A DNA stretch of 64,000 nt from Iphione sp. A-MEVVRFRX5 (taxonomy: Eukaryota). The notes below the pieces were generated by a model. The model saw nothing but the letters and a program-made list of their open reading frames with translations, was not told the origin of the DNA and did not search any database. Position numbers and translations under genes: made by a program. Below, piece by piece: positions 50,771-62,600 of the stretch (positions within the stretch are counted from its first letter, which is position 1; each line of letters starts with the position of its first letter). Location: assembly GCA_976226885.1 (NCBI GenBank), contig OZ320320.1, positions 37,076,001-37,140,000 of the forward strand, given 5' to 3'.

Positions 50771-53564
50771 CAATATTCCTTCATAACAGCAGCTTTCAAC
50801 GGTCAGAGACTGGGTCCCGTCACTGACACCTGGTTGCCAGTGGGCGGATAAAAATGGAACAGATGGGAGTGAGGCGATAACACTTGTCGTGAAAACGGCG
50901 TGAAAAACACTTCTGAAGGTGACAGTAGGGGCCTCACTGCAAACGAATGATAAACTCTTCAGATCATCCACAGCACCGCGCATGATAAAACTATCATCCG
51001 CCATTGTGTTTTAAGGTCATTCGGCGGTCATTGACTGGGGACTCAAGAAATTAACGTTATCCTTCGAGATGAGCCTATGGATTCTATAAATGGTTGATTC
51101 TATCAATTTTTGCTCCACTCCCGGGGGATACATAAATCTATTCAAATTTGACAAAACAGGGCCATTATCATCATTTTAAATACCTTTTAGCGTTTCTGGC
51201 ATAGCCCAATCCAAGACTATTCTATTGGTGTATATTTTATACTGCTCTATTGATTGACAAATTAAAGGAAAATGCATATTTTGTTATTTTCTTAATTTAT
51301 CCTGCAGTGACACTGCTCTTTGTGAAATAGCACATTTCTTACTGTCTCTTAAATAAAAATATGTATTTTCTAAGGGTACTTTTTCACTTAAATGCATTTT
51401 TTTCTACAATGTATTCTCCGGCACTGGAGCAAAAATTGGTAGAATTGCTCAAATGTAGATTTAATGGTACGGAAGTAGATAGCAAAGACAAGGAGTAGTA
51501 GTATATTTTAAAGAAGGTATGAGAAAATGACATGATAGGGTGATGCAAGCTGGGTGGCAAGCGACATAAAAAGACAGCGAGAAAGAGTCGGAGACGCAAA
51601 GACGGGGATGTACAGAGTGAGAGGATAAGCCGAGAAAGATGCAGGCGCATCTGGACAGCAAGACCATCAAATAAGGCCAAGTAGTGGTCTAAAAATAATG
51701 TAAATGTGTTACTATTTCGCGCCGCTGATGACTGTCGCATAGAGAAAGAACGTTAATGAGCCTTGCAGTAACACATCGACGGTCCTAGAATTGCCTCCTC
51801 TTCCTCCCCAAACTTGGAATACAAGATCGTATTGGTGTTGACCAGATGTTTCCTGGGGCCCAATTCCCTCGTCCGCAAATAAAAGTGGCGAGTTTGTTCA
51901 GAAGATGAATCACACCAACAAAGCAGCTTCTTCCGTTACTTGTCGTGTTTTGCGCGTAAAACAACACCTTTCGTGTTAACGACCAGTGCAAAAAAAGACA
52001 CCTAAGCCTCTGGGAGAGGCAGAATCGATACGCCCGGCAACAAAACCAACGGCGTCTTTGCTGGGATAGACAGGAGAAGAGGACACAAGAGTGATGCGGG
52101 GACGGCCTGTGGTGGTGCCACTCAGAGGAGCCAGTGGAGAGGGGCTGAGAACAAGCAAGCGAAACCTAACCGGGACCACGCCGGCCATCGCGGGCCCCAG
52201 CGGTAGTTATAAATATAATAAAGATGGCCCAGAGGAGGATCTGTTTTCATAAGGTTTCTTTTTATTCTATATATAGAGACCGTGTCCCCAAGCTAGAGGC
52301 AAAGAGGCATGTGTCTAGGTGTGCTTATACATAAGGCATTTCAAGATTTTTTTCAATATATCATGAAGCATATCTAACCTGATACAAACCCCATTCGGAT
52401 TCACGGAATAACGGTATTTTTACTGATTCTTTCCATATTGAGATATTGGACTTGTGAAGCATTCTATACTAGGTTCTCTACCCTTTCAAGCCAAGCAGTA
52501 CAGCGGCGCTATGCCCTACCACTGATAAAAGCTGTGTTGGCTAACTAGGCAGGTAGCACCGCTGCGACATGGACCTTCCTAAGGTAGGGTAGGATTGGGT
52601 GGCGATGATAATTAGGCATCAGACGGCGGCACAACTCTATGCCAGAGCTGCGCAAGGCTAGGAGCATGAAGTATTGAACGGAGCCAACTGTGCCAATTGA
52701 CTGTGTTAGCTTGGGCCGGAGACGCTATACATTCGCTGCGATAATCCAACCAGCGTAAACCTACCTGACAAGAGGAGTCTATAGCACGTAATCCAGCCAG
52801 GATTAACATTGACAGTTTCATTGCCACTGTGCGGCCAGCTGCGGCCTTGTCCTAACCGGCTTCTTTCTCTGCAGAAAGGCATTTATCTTCACGTTTTTTT
52901 CCCTGGGTCTTTCTCGCGCCAAATGTGGCCTGTGCTAAATAATAGGGTCGCTCCGGATGTGCCTGTGCCCCTCTGGTATCAAACCAACTACCAACTGGGG
53001 GCAGTAATTGAGTGAACCCTCTCTGTAGTTTGTCTTTATCACATGGGGAGCACCGCTCTCGTAAGAACGATTAGGTGGGAAAATATAAATATTTAACGAC
53101 CACGTTGCACTCGCAGTCGGTCGTTGTGTATGCACGAGTATGAGTATGTAGGCACGTATCTAATCATATTTAAAACGTTTTCATATTTATCTATATACGT
53201 ATTTGAGTAGGCATACATGTTGTTGAATGTGTAGTGTATGAATAGTTTGACATACACAATTCTCCTTTTTATGGCGATTTTCATTTACTGCTCATAATTC
53301 TAGATGCCGTCTAGATGCGATCGTATCGCCTTTTATGAGGAAAGAAGAGGGCGTAGGAAGACCCCTGTAATCAAGCCAAATGGCTCCTTTTTTAACTTGA
53401 AAGCTCAGCCTGGTTCGCCGATGAATATTATATGCAAACTATTAGCAGGAGGTCTCGTCAAATTCCACATCAGCTTCCCATTTCCCGACACGCGATACTG
53501 TCCAATAAAGGCCGAACTTCGACAACCGTTATCCGGGACGACCGGTGTCATGTAACTGCGGCTA

Positions 53565-53664
53565 TGACGTCACAACATACCGTGGACGGCAAGAACGATG
53601 CGGACGCTGCGAGCTGACCTTATATAGAAGTGGGAATTGGGCGCATGTGTGCCGCGCTCATTGG
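53565..53664 (-). promoter_or_regulatory. Promoter-like motif cluster inside intron 1 of the CUB gene, sense orientation
   Basis: On -: CCAAT (53664-53660), CCAAT (53640-53636), TATATAA (53626-53620), full CRE TGACGTCA (53565-53572). Motif evidence only. Confidence 0.35.
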
Positions 53665-56600
53665 ACGCATGCCGTTTAAAAATGAAATCAATACCACCAC
53701 CTGAGCAAAAAGGATAGCGTATATGACTGTGCACATCCATGCTGAATTGGACGTATATGTGTGTCCATTGTGAATTCACAGCGGCTGAAAATGCTGGAAA
53801 CGGGAAAACATGTTCTCCGTTTATCGACATGTATTCAACTTGATATACTAGTCTGCCTTGTACGCACGTATGTGTGTGCCTGTATCAAAATATTGATAAA
53901 ATTTTCAGCACTAGAAAGTATCACATGTATCTCCGTATACAAAGGTTATCTCGGCCAAGACACTTTCTCGTTCATCGATGATTATCCTTCGGCTTGCCTT
54001 TTCCCCACGAAACATTGCTTGCTGCCCTGCGGACGACGTGTGTACATCTAGCTGTCAGAGTTTCTTTACCCTCATACATCATCGCCTGTAGCTTTTAGTG
54101 CGGATACGTGTCGGCCGATCTGTCAGCGTGTCTGTTGGGCGTAAATTGCTGCCCGTCGGTTGTGTGTGTATATCTCTCGTATGTATGAGTGTTCAAGGGG
54201 CCCTCTCAGCCCTAGCCTTCGCTACATAAATGTTTCTTGCTCCTGTTGATGTACTGTGGATGCCTCGCCCAACATATAGATCATATTGCCATGTCGCCGT
54301 TGAGCGAGCTCCTTCGGTCGGTGGCCGAGCGCCGGAAGAAGCCGGGAGGGGAGGCCCGTGAGCGACCTTATGATACAGCACCCGCCGGGCGTGGAGTCGA
54401 GGATGGCCTGCGGTCGGGCGGGGGGGGGGGTAGGAGGAGAGGGGTTGGGGCCAAAGCAGGGACCCTGTCCATCGGTAGCAACCATGACCGGTGGATCCAG
54501 GCGGTCCTTCAATACGGAAATAACCCAGGCGACCGTGTGTACCATGACTATTTGACGTCCAGTAATAGGCACAGATCTTATCTGTGATCTCCCCGCCCAA
54601 CCTCCCCAGAAGCCGTCCTCCCCAAACCTTTCACCCACCTCCGACATTGCCTATCCCCTATATCTGCTGGATCTGTGGCGGATTTCCTCCAAAGACCGGT
54701 AGCAAGCCTGCAGAACAGGGCCCTTAGTTGGCAGCCAGCAGCTGGTGGCTGTGCTGGCTTCCTCTGTGAAGGTGTTTGTATGTGTGTTTGTGTGTGTATT
54801 TGTATGGTGCGTGTGTCTTTCTGTGTAAGAGCGACCATATCTCACTTCTCTACTAGATTGGCAAATGGCCATTCTCGGTGGCATTTTAACGGCTGTCCAT
54901 ATTGCTATTGTGAGACTGTGGAAAAACCCACACAGGTACCGGTATTTGGGTCCTTTATGAAAGCAACATCCCTACTTCTATTTGGGGTGGATAAATTCAA
55001 TAAACTCACCCTACAATGTGGCCAATCTTTCTCTCATCACTCTCACCTTTCTGTCTCTGTCTCTGTCTGTCTCTCTGTCTCGTTCTCTCTCTCAGTCGGA
55101 ATAGTATTGTTATGTTATTGTTAGTGTCCCGCTGTTTAGTTTGCAGCTTATGAATGTACTCTGCTTTCGTGTCATTGGTACTCACTCAACTTAAACCAAA
55201 CAGGACGTTTGCTGTCACTGTAACCTAATCAATAAACCCATGCTATAAATCAACCGCGCTAATGACGTGGAAAATATTCCACATCAACTACCGAACTCGA
55301 TCTCGTTATTCATTTTTCACCTTCCTAATATGAAGGCCATATAAGCCAGCACTAAAGGAATCGAAGGGACCATACCAGGGCGGATATCACGACGCATAGA
55401 TAGCACACATTAGAGCTTTTTTTGTTCGGCTTAAAATAATAGATGAACTGTGCGATTGGTCGGTGCGCACGTTGGTAACTCGACATCAAGTTGACGAACA
55501 TGGCTGTGATACATAATGGAAATGTGGGGCAGTAGGGTGGCGGAGGGGCGGCTGCTGGGATTAGATGCAGACTACCTGGTGGAGGTGCAGGTGCAGGTCG
55601 GAGACTTAGAGCAGAAGAGATCCGTTGACGCGGATTTTATAATGCCTCTGTGTTTGTGACTAAGGAAAATATCTAGATAGGATAATTCTATAATAGTTCA
55701 AATATTCGTATTAGAAATGGGAGACTTGAAAAAGAGAGACAGGGAGGGAAAAGAGGAAATTGTACACAATTTTCGTGAAAAGCGAAATACTCTTAAAGAT
55801 TACAAGAAGCTGGGCCTTGCAGGCTACGAGGAAATGGAGACACATTGCTCGTAGGTGGATTGGCGGAGGCTTTTGCTGAACGCATCAGAAGGGGAGGATG
55901 GAAGAGTAATGGAGGGAGGAATCCAGCAGGGGACAAGCCATGTGTTAGACGCCCATAGGTGGCAGATTGTCAGGCATACTGCTACCACAGGTCTCCTCCT
56001 GTGGCATGTCTTGGTGGCCTCCAGTCCATTTCAGCCTGAACTGGCCCTTCCCACACGAGCAATTAAACATCGTCCTGAGACTTGGCGCAACCCTAAGGTT
56101 CTCCCAAATGGTTACTCTAAGACACCAACAAGTGAATTATCACCTGCCTTCCCTTCACTCTGGTGCCTGCATGACCGTTCCTACTCTAACCTTTCCCCTC
56201 GCCTGTCTCCAGTAGTGCTCGCCGAAGAGGACAGGTGCAAGACGAGCATTTTTCAATGCCCGATGTCCGCCCGCCCACCGCCTTAAACAGACAACCTTCT
56301 GTGGCCTTTCCTTCGGTTCTTTCTCTGCGGAGCTTGCACCAACGAACCCAGAATGTCCGACCTCACCTCATCCGACTGCCCCCGCGGAGGTCGTTGGCAG
56401 AGGGGGGAAGGGGCAGGTGGAGGAGAAGGATATATCCCCGCCGCACCGTATGAGAAGGAAGGATCATTCGTCTCGGTGCCCAGCCCTACAGCAATAGCTC
56501 AGCCGACCGTGCTCAGGTATTAACGATGGCTGGGTGAAGTTCATGCTAGATTGAACCTGAGCGCGCCGGGAGGGATATTGGAGGGTCCTAACGGATCCAA

Positions 56601-58794
56601 TCCAAACACGCACACGCCAAGATGTTTTAACGATGAACATAAAGGGGTGCATATATAAACAGGCTCATTCAAGCAAGTGACATCACGTATGGTCCTGATG
56701 CGTGTAGATTTGTCAAGGGGGGGGGGTGGTGCACGAGGGCCTTTTGGGGAGGTTGCAGAGGAAATAGCTTGTAGTCAGAGTGTCTTTTTGGATACCAAGA
56801 ATGGCAACCACTGTTATCATAACTCAATTAGGGTATGTGAAGTGTAATTAAGATACATATGACCAAGAAACAAACAAGATTTTACATGTAGCAGAATTCA
56901 GTTATCATCTTGGATATAATGAGGTTGTTTACTGGAACTCGTTAGCGATAATCATAACCTGGGTTCCTTTCTAGGCATTATTATTTTCATATAAAGCGTC
57001 TCTGCCTCAATTAATTAACTAATCCTCATCTGTGGGCAGCCCGCCCCTTCTTCATCATTGCCGCATTCTCGTGTCCCGTGAGAGTTTGCGAGACGCGACC
57101 TTGATGAGACTCATTCAACAGCCAGAGAACAAGAAGTATCACGTGACAATTACAGTTGAAATTTGCCTGCTTGTGGCATCAAACTGGAGGTGCAATCGCC
57201 TCACTAGATGATGTGGAAGTGTGCTCAATAAAATTGAAAATGCACGCGCATACAACCATTCAATAAAGGCGTTTTTTCCCGCTCACCTCAGTAACGGCAC
57301 GGACCTTAACCATCTTGAAGGAGTTGGAGCAAGGCCCGTTGTAGCTGTCGGGTGGAACAGCCAGGCTGCCTGCCTATTGACAGACCTTCCCATTCATTGC
57401 TGCTTCCATGATTGATTTCCATTCTCCACAAATCCAAAAGGTCTTTTCTGAGCTGCTAGAGTTTACTTAACCTTTCTTATAATGTTCGATTGGATGACAA
57501 CGGGCCATACCTGTATACAGTACTGAAACTGTTCACAGCACGCCGCCTCGGCCTTCAATTACAGAACCCGATATTTATGATTCTAAAGGCCATTGTATCT
57601 CGTATTCCCTTTCTTGAAACCAATGTTGACCTACTTTGCCACTGGCGGGAGAAACGCTTTCTATCTACATGTATGCAAGGAAAGTGCTTTCGGAAAAGTA
57701 TCAATAAATCTGACATAAGCAGATTGTACCTTAGGAAGTTACATTGCTTTTGCCTCCTAGGAATTTGGCAAATTATGATCACGACAATGCTGAATCGACG
57801 AGGAGGTACGTCATCTGAAGAGGATACACTGTATTTGAGGAACCTATAGTACGCGGGGATTGCACTACAGCATCACTAGGGAGAAAATATTGTATCTTGT
57901 ATGGGTATATCGTATCTGAGAAGGATGTGTCGTATCTGGGGAGAATACTTTGCCTGCATGTTTCACATGTATCCATTCACTAATTGAACAGCGCCACAAT
58001 CTTTGAAAAATATATGAAAATTGCTATTACACGGAAGTGCATAAGGCACAGCATAACATTTTGTGGACAGTTGTTTTCAGCTTGCCACACTTTCTTCATC
58101 ACTAATGATGAGAGTACCCACAGCATGTTCATGTCAGCCCCGCTCTTGCACCTATCAGGTACGCTAAGTACTGCTCTTGCTGCACTCTTTGTTCCTTATT
58201 TTATCCTGCTGCTTCCTCCGGTATTTTCGCACTGGGTCTCATTAGCACTAATAGTTATATGATGCCTGTTCCTGCTGTTTTTTTTTTTATAAATGGAGGA
58301 AAAAGTAATAATTATGGTCATGATTCTCTATAATGATGCATAAAATCGGTGCTGCCAAGTCCTCTCTCAGGGTCAGCATAAATGCTCTCCGTGTAACAAC
58401 AGAACATCAACGATAGAATATAGCATATCAAAGCACTAGTCCATTGATAACTGCATGTAATGGTATAATGAATATGGATATACTTGTAAATGTATTAATT
58501 TGTTATTGAAGAGCTTTTCTAAAACATTTCAGCTTCACGCGGTACACGCTATTCTTTATAACAAAAAAGGATATTGACCACCACCATTATGTTGCTACTT
58601 TGGACATGTGGACTGTTATATATTTCATGCAGTTAAAATCGCCAGTATTGTGTCCTTGTATGTTTAGGCAAAGATGTATACATGAATATACTATAACTCT
58701 TCATATATACACGTTTACACGTACGTGTGCATCTCAATGTTACGTACTGCTAAGCCTTCTCTTCTTAGTAAGCCACTGCACAGATTGTACCCAC

Positions 58795-58912
58795 CCTGGT
58801 TGTGTTCGTTCTCGTCCTCCTTGGCAAGGGACACCTGTACGAGTAGCAGACAGGTGACAGCCAGCATCTGGAGGAGTTGCACACAGCCCCGGAGGCAGGT
58901 GACAGGCGACAT
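58795..58912 (-). CDS. sol-1: SOL-1-like CUB protein, coding exon 1: signal peptide MSPVTCLRGCVQLLQMLAVTCLLLVQVSLA-KEDENEHNQ
   Basis: Kozak-like accATG; hydrophobic h-region ending VSLA followed by polar residues; donor g|GTGGGT in phase 1 compatible with exon 2; whole CDS 1041 nt, no internal stop. Confidence 0.7.
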
Positions 58913-59399
58913 GGTCCCGCCGCTCGGACACCTGCAGTAGTGTTCGTGCGCAACAATTGTGTGAAGGGAGTAAGGGCCGGGATGGCTGTAGTGGAGGTGG
59001 TGGTTGCTGTTGGATGGCCGATGGAAGGTCACGTCTTGTCGCTTGCTGAGTACTGGAGCCTCATGTCCACACTCAGGCCAGCGGTGCATCCCGCACTCGT
59101 ACACGCCACTCTCGTTTCTCCTTCACACCCGCCGCTCTCTCCTGTTATACTACGTCTCTTCACTCTCTCCTCTGCTTAAGACTTTGGCTTTCTTCCTTGA
59201 TTAGACTTGTCCCATATGTTATGGAGATGGTATGATATTTCCCCCTTTTCCTTAAAAAAATCCTCGTCCTAGCAGTGCTGCTTTAGAAATCCATCTGCTA
59301 AGTATCCCTCCGCCCAGGCGTCTTAGTCTGTCTGTTGGATAAACATCAAATCAAGGGTCAGCGTCTCCCTGGGTAGTTGAAGCAAGGACTCGCGTTAAG

Positions 59400-62300
59400 T
59401 CGGCACCTGTAATGTGCGGCCCTGTCCAAGCAAAACCAACATCAACAGGATCAGACACTCCCTCCTGATTCAGCACATGGAGCCAACTGAAGCGCCGGGC
59501 TTCATACTCGGCGCCCACGTGGCGCTTGTCGCTAGAATAACGTCTGTAGCACTAAGGTTGGCAGCAATGGCGGGCAAATAGCTGACAGCGGTGGTGTGTG
59601 GCAGTGACGGTTTCGAGTTATGAAAAAGGGCTAGTGTCTCTGAACTAGGATTCTGATCCAGCAGCGGTGCGGGGCGTATGGTCAGCTACTCTCACACAAG
59701 TAGCCGTCCTCACAGATGACAGCGTATCTGTCAGTTCGGCGTTGGGTCGTTCATATGATGGTCACTCACTTTAGAACTCCCTAGACTCCGGATGACACGG
59801 ATAATGTTTGATCGTCTGTGGTCGGCTATGATGGTGGGTGGAGGTGACGGGGGAGGGAGGGTGGGGGGGGAAGGAGGGTGGCGGGAGGGAGGGAGGGCAA
59901 GGCAGAGCGGACAACACCCGAGCAACCGGAAAGAGCGCCGGCACGCTCCGCCGTAAGTGGGCCACAATATTACAGCGCGGCCGGCTGTAGTTGGCGACCA
60001 CCCCGAGCACTGTGGCTATCCTCTATACAGCCCGGCAACGTAATTAGTGCCGCGACCGTCGTCCGCTATCCTACTTCCACCGGGGTCGGCGGCAACTGCG
60101 GCCAAATCAAGACTGCAATAAAGACTGACGCTTCCGGTAGGAAGTGGGGCTGCGAATCGTCGTCTGCGATGACCGACGATCGAGCAGTCGGGGAGGTGGG
60201 TGGGGGGGGGGGCTGGAGGGTAGGGTTACTAGGAGGCTTTGTTTTTTATTAGTTACGTGATGGAATCTAGAAAAGGCGGGGGGCGATGTGGAATATATGA
60301 TAAGCAACACCACTTCTGGGATGCTGTTTGGTCCACATGTCCAGTGACGAATTGGTCCTCACCGCGTTCTCAGCGAGTGACTGTGTAAGGCACGGGGAGC
60401 CGGCTTGGCAGGATAATACCGGCACTGGCAGCGTTAGTGTCTAGTCCCTTCGACTTTATACTCTAGCCACATTGGAGGCGGGCCTGGGGTATGCCTGTAG
60501 ACGATATGATCCCTTCCTCTTAGTGATATTATATCAGCCACTACCGACCTAATCATTTCATGGTGAATGTCACCACTGATTTACCTCTCACGAACATCGG
60601 GCCAGGGCTAGCGTGAATTGAGCTTATTATCGCCCATCCCCAATGTGGACCTGGTGATGATCGATTCAGGCAGCCTGCCTCAGTCCCTCACCGGCTTCAG
60701 CGTCGCTGACTTTTGCTTCAAATACATAACCTCTAATCCAATCCGGAGTAACGAGATAACCATTGATCGAGAACGATTGCAGCAATTGTGGGCAGATTTT
60801 TAAAAAATGTCGTCCAGAATGCCTTTTGTGAGGGCGGATAGCAGCTGACTGGAGTAGTACGAACCCCCCTCCGCCTCCTTAGGAAATGACGGGTAGCTAG
60901 ACGTTTGCAAGCTGCAGACTTCCGGTGCAAGATGGTGGGCGGTCCGTTGGGTCGGCTTCTGTTCCGCTAAACGTTCTGATGGAATGTGGATGGGACTTTA
61001 TCGGCATGTGGTCCGCCAGAGAGCCTAGCTAGTAAATCGTCGCTAAAAGGCTGAAGCCAAGCGACACAGAGTGAATCCTGAAGAATGGCCGGCACCGGTT
61101 TGAGGAGAAACTAGCAAGCTTTGCCGAGCTGCTCGCGTTAACGCCGCAGGGTGGTGATGTCGGTGGAGGTATAGCAATAGCGATGAAGCCGATGGTTAGT
61201 GCGATGGGGCGAATCTGTTATTTTTGTCATCTGGCTGTCGCTAGAGCTAATAAAGTCATGTCTTGACTCATGGCAGACCGAGCTGCGCTAAGGTAATCGT
61301 CGTCGATGATGGTGACGGCCGATGGCAGAAGCGTGTCATCCACGGGTCGCCCAGCAGTCTCGGCCGGCACAGTGATTATCGGGTAGGTTTTTTTCGGCGG
61401 AGAGGGTTGCAACAGCGCACCCTCTCGCTGCCGCTGTTAGCCCATGGTTGGTGATCTGCTCTCACTTGCTCATGCAACTAAAGCTGTGCACGAGGACGGG
61501 ACTCTTAAAAACAGGGAAGGCCACGCGGCAAGATATCCTATGATGATGTTCTGCTGGCGCTTTGTGGAATCGTAAAGCAAGCTAAATTAGACTTTGGAGA
61601 TCATGGAGAGGAGGAAGAGCAGCAGCGGTAGCGATACTGCCAACGACAGTCGTGCAGAAGTGGAGGAAGGCTCGCGGGTGAAGCTAGATACTGAAAAGTC
61701 CTGCCACTCTGCTGTTTGTGGCTGGCAAGCCAATGTGCCACCCACGTCCGCCGTCACCTTCTCCACAAACGTCCCGACTTTGAGGCGGCCACCGCCGGAT
61801 CAGCAACAGTAGCAGCGATTGCAGCGGCGGAGGCGGTGACGATGCAGGCGTAGAGGCCGCAGAGGCAATACTGCGGCCTGTATCGGCAAGTAACAGCTCT
61901 GATATGTGAAGCAGCTCCGTGCAGCATGCGAGTTGCTCAAACTTGCCATCTGTGCATTTGTGCGTCCTTAAATGAGACACACGCCCACTCTTCCTTGCAG
62001 GCTTACATAGTTCCCTCCCGGTGCGCTCACAAACTTAGAGGGAGGACGGGCATATGCTGATTCGCCACCTGCTCACAGCGAGCAGTTTTGAGTGACTCCT
62101 GACGCAGGCAATAGGGAGTCGAGCAGCTCACCACGCCATATGCGCCAAATGCAGGTGGCTTGCCATGCCGGGCCGAGTGAGATGAAAGGGCAGCAGTTCA
62201 AACACACACTGTAGCACCACAAATCATCTGACATCACAAGGTCAGTGTCTAGAATACGAATATTGATGGCTTGGTATGTAATAGTAACGGCTCGACCACA

Positions 62301-62600
62301 TCCGCAGTCGAGCTACCCGCCGACCTCAGTGGCTCATAGCTGGCTCAAGCACCTCCTCCTATAGACTCCTGGCGAGCTGCTCGCAGCTAATTGGGCCGCG
62401 GTGCGGCAACTCCTCGGGTCCACATTGTGCTGCTGCGATCAACACAAGCGACTTCCAGGGCTACCTGTAGGGAAAGCTCGAAGGTGTGCTATCAACATCC
62501 CCGCTTCAATTGCCGTAGGTGGACTTATCGTAGACTGCACGCTCGCGCACCTGCGCAAATCGCTAACGCAGCATTATTATACGCATTGAGCCAATGAGGG
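59400..62600. promoter_or_regulatory. GC/CpG-rich region upstream of the CUB gene start; probable promoter and 5' leader region
   Basis: Visibly elevated CpG/GC density relative to the window and G-run clusters at ~59850-59900 and ~60190-60230; position 5' of the ATG on -. Confidence 0.35.

Noticed and set aside
6645-50851. Long F/L/S/P- or R/E-rich ORFs (6645-7256, 34085-34657, 41014-41559, 50183-50851)
   Set aside because: Artefacts of CT/GA low-complexity sequence depleted of stop codons.
36677-58794. Additional CUB exons in the 22 kb intron
   Set aside because: Checked donor-like sites and SP.YP / GF.A.Y motifs on - by eye; none gave CUB-like peptides. A computational search is still needed.
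59469-59481. REST/RE1-like left half-site TTCAGCACATGGA upstream of the CUB gene
   Set aside because: Missing one base of the left half and no GGACAGCGCC right half.
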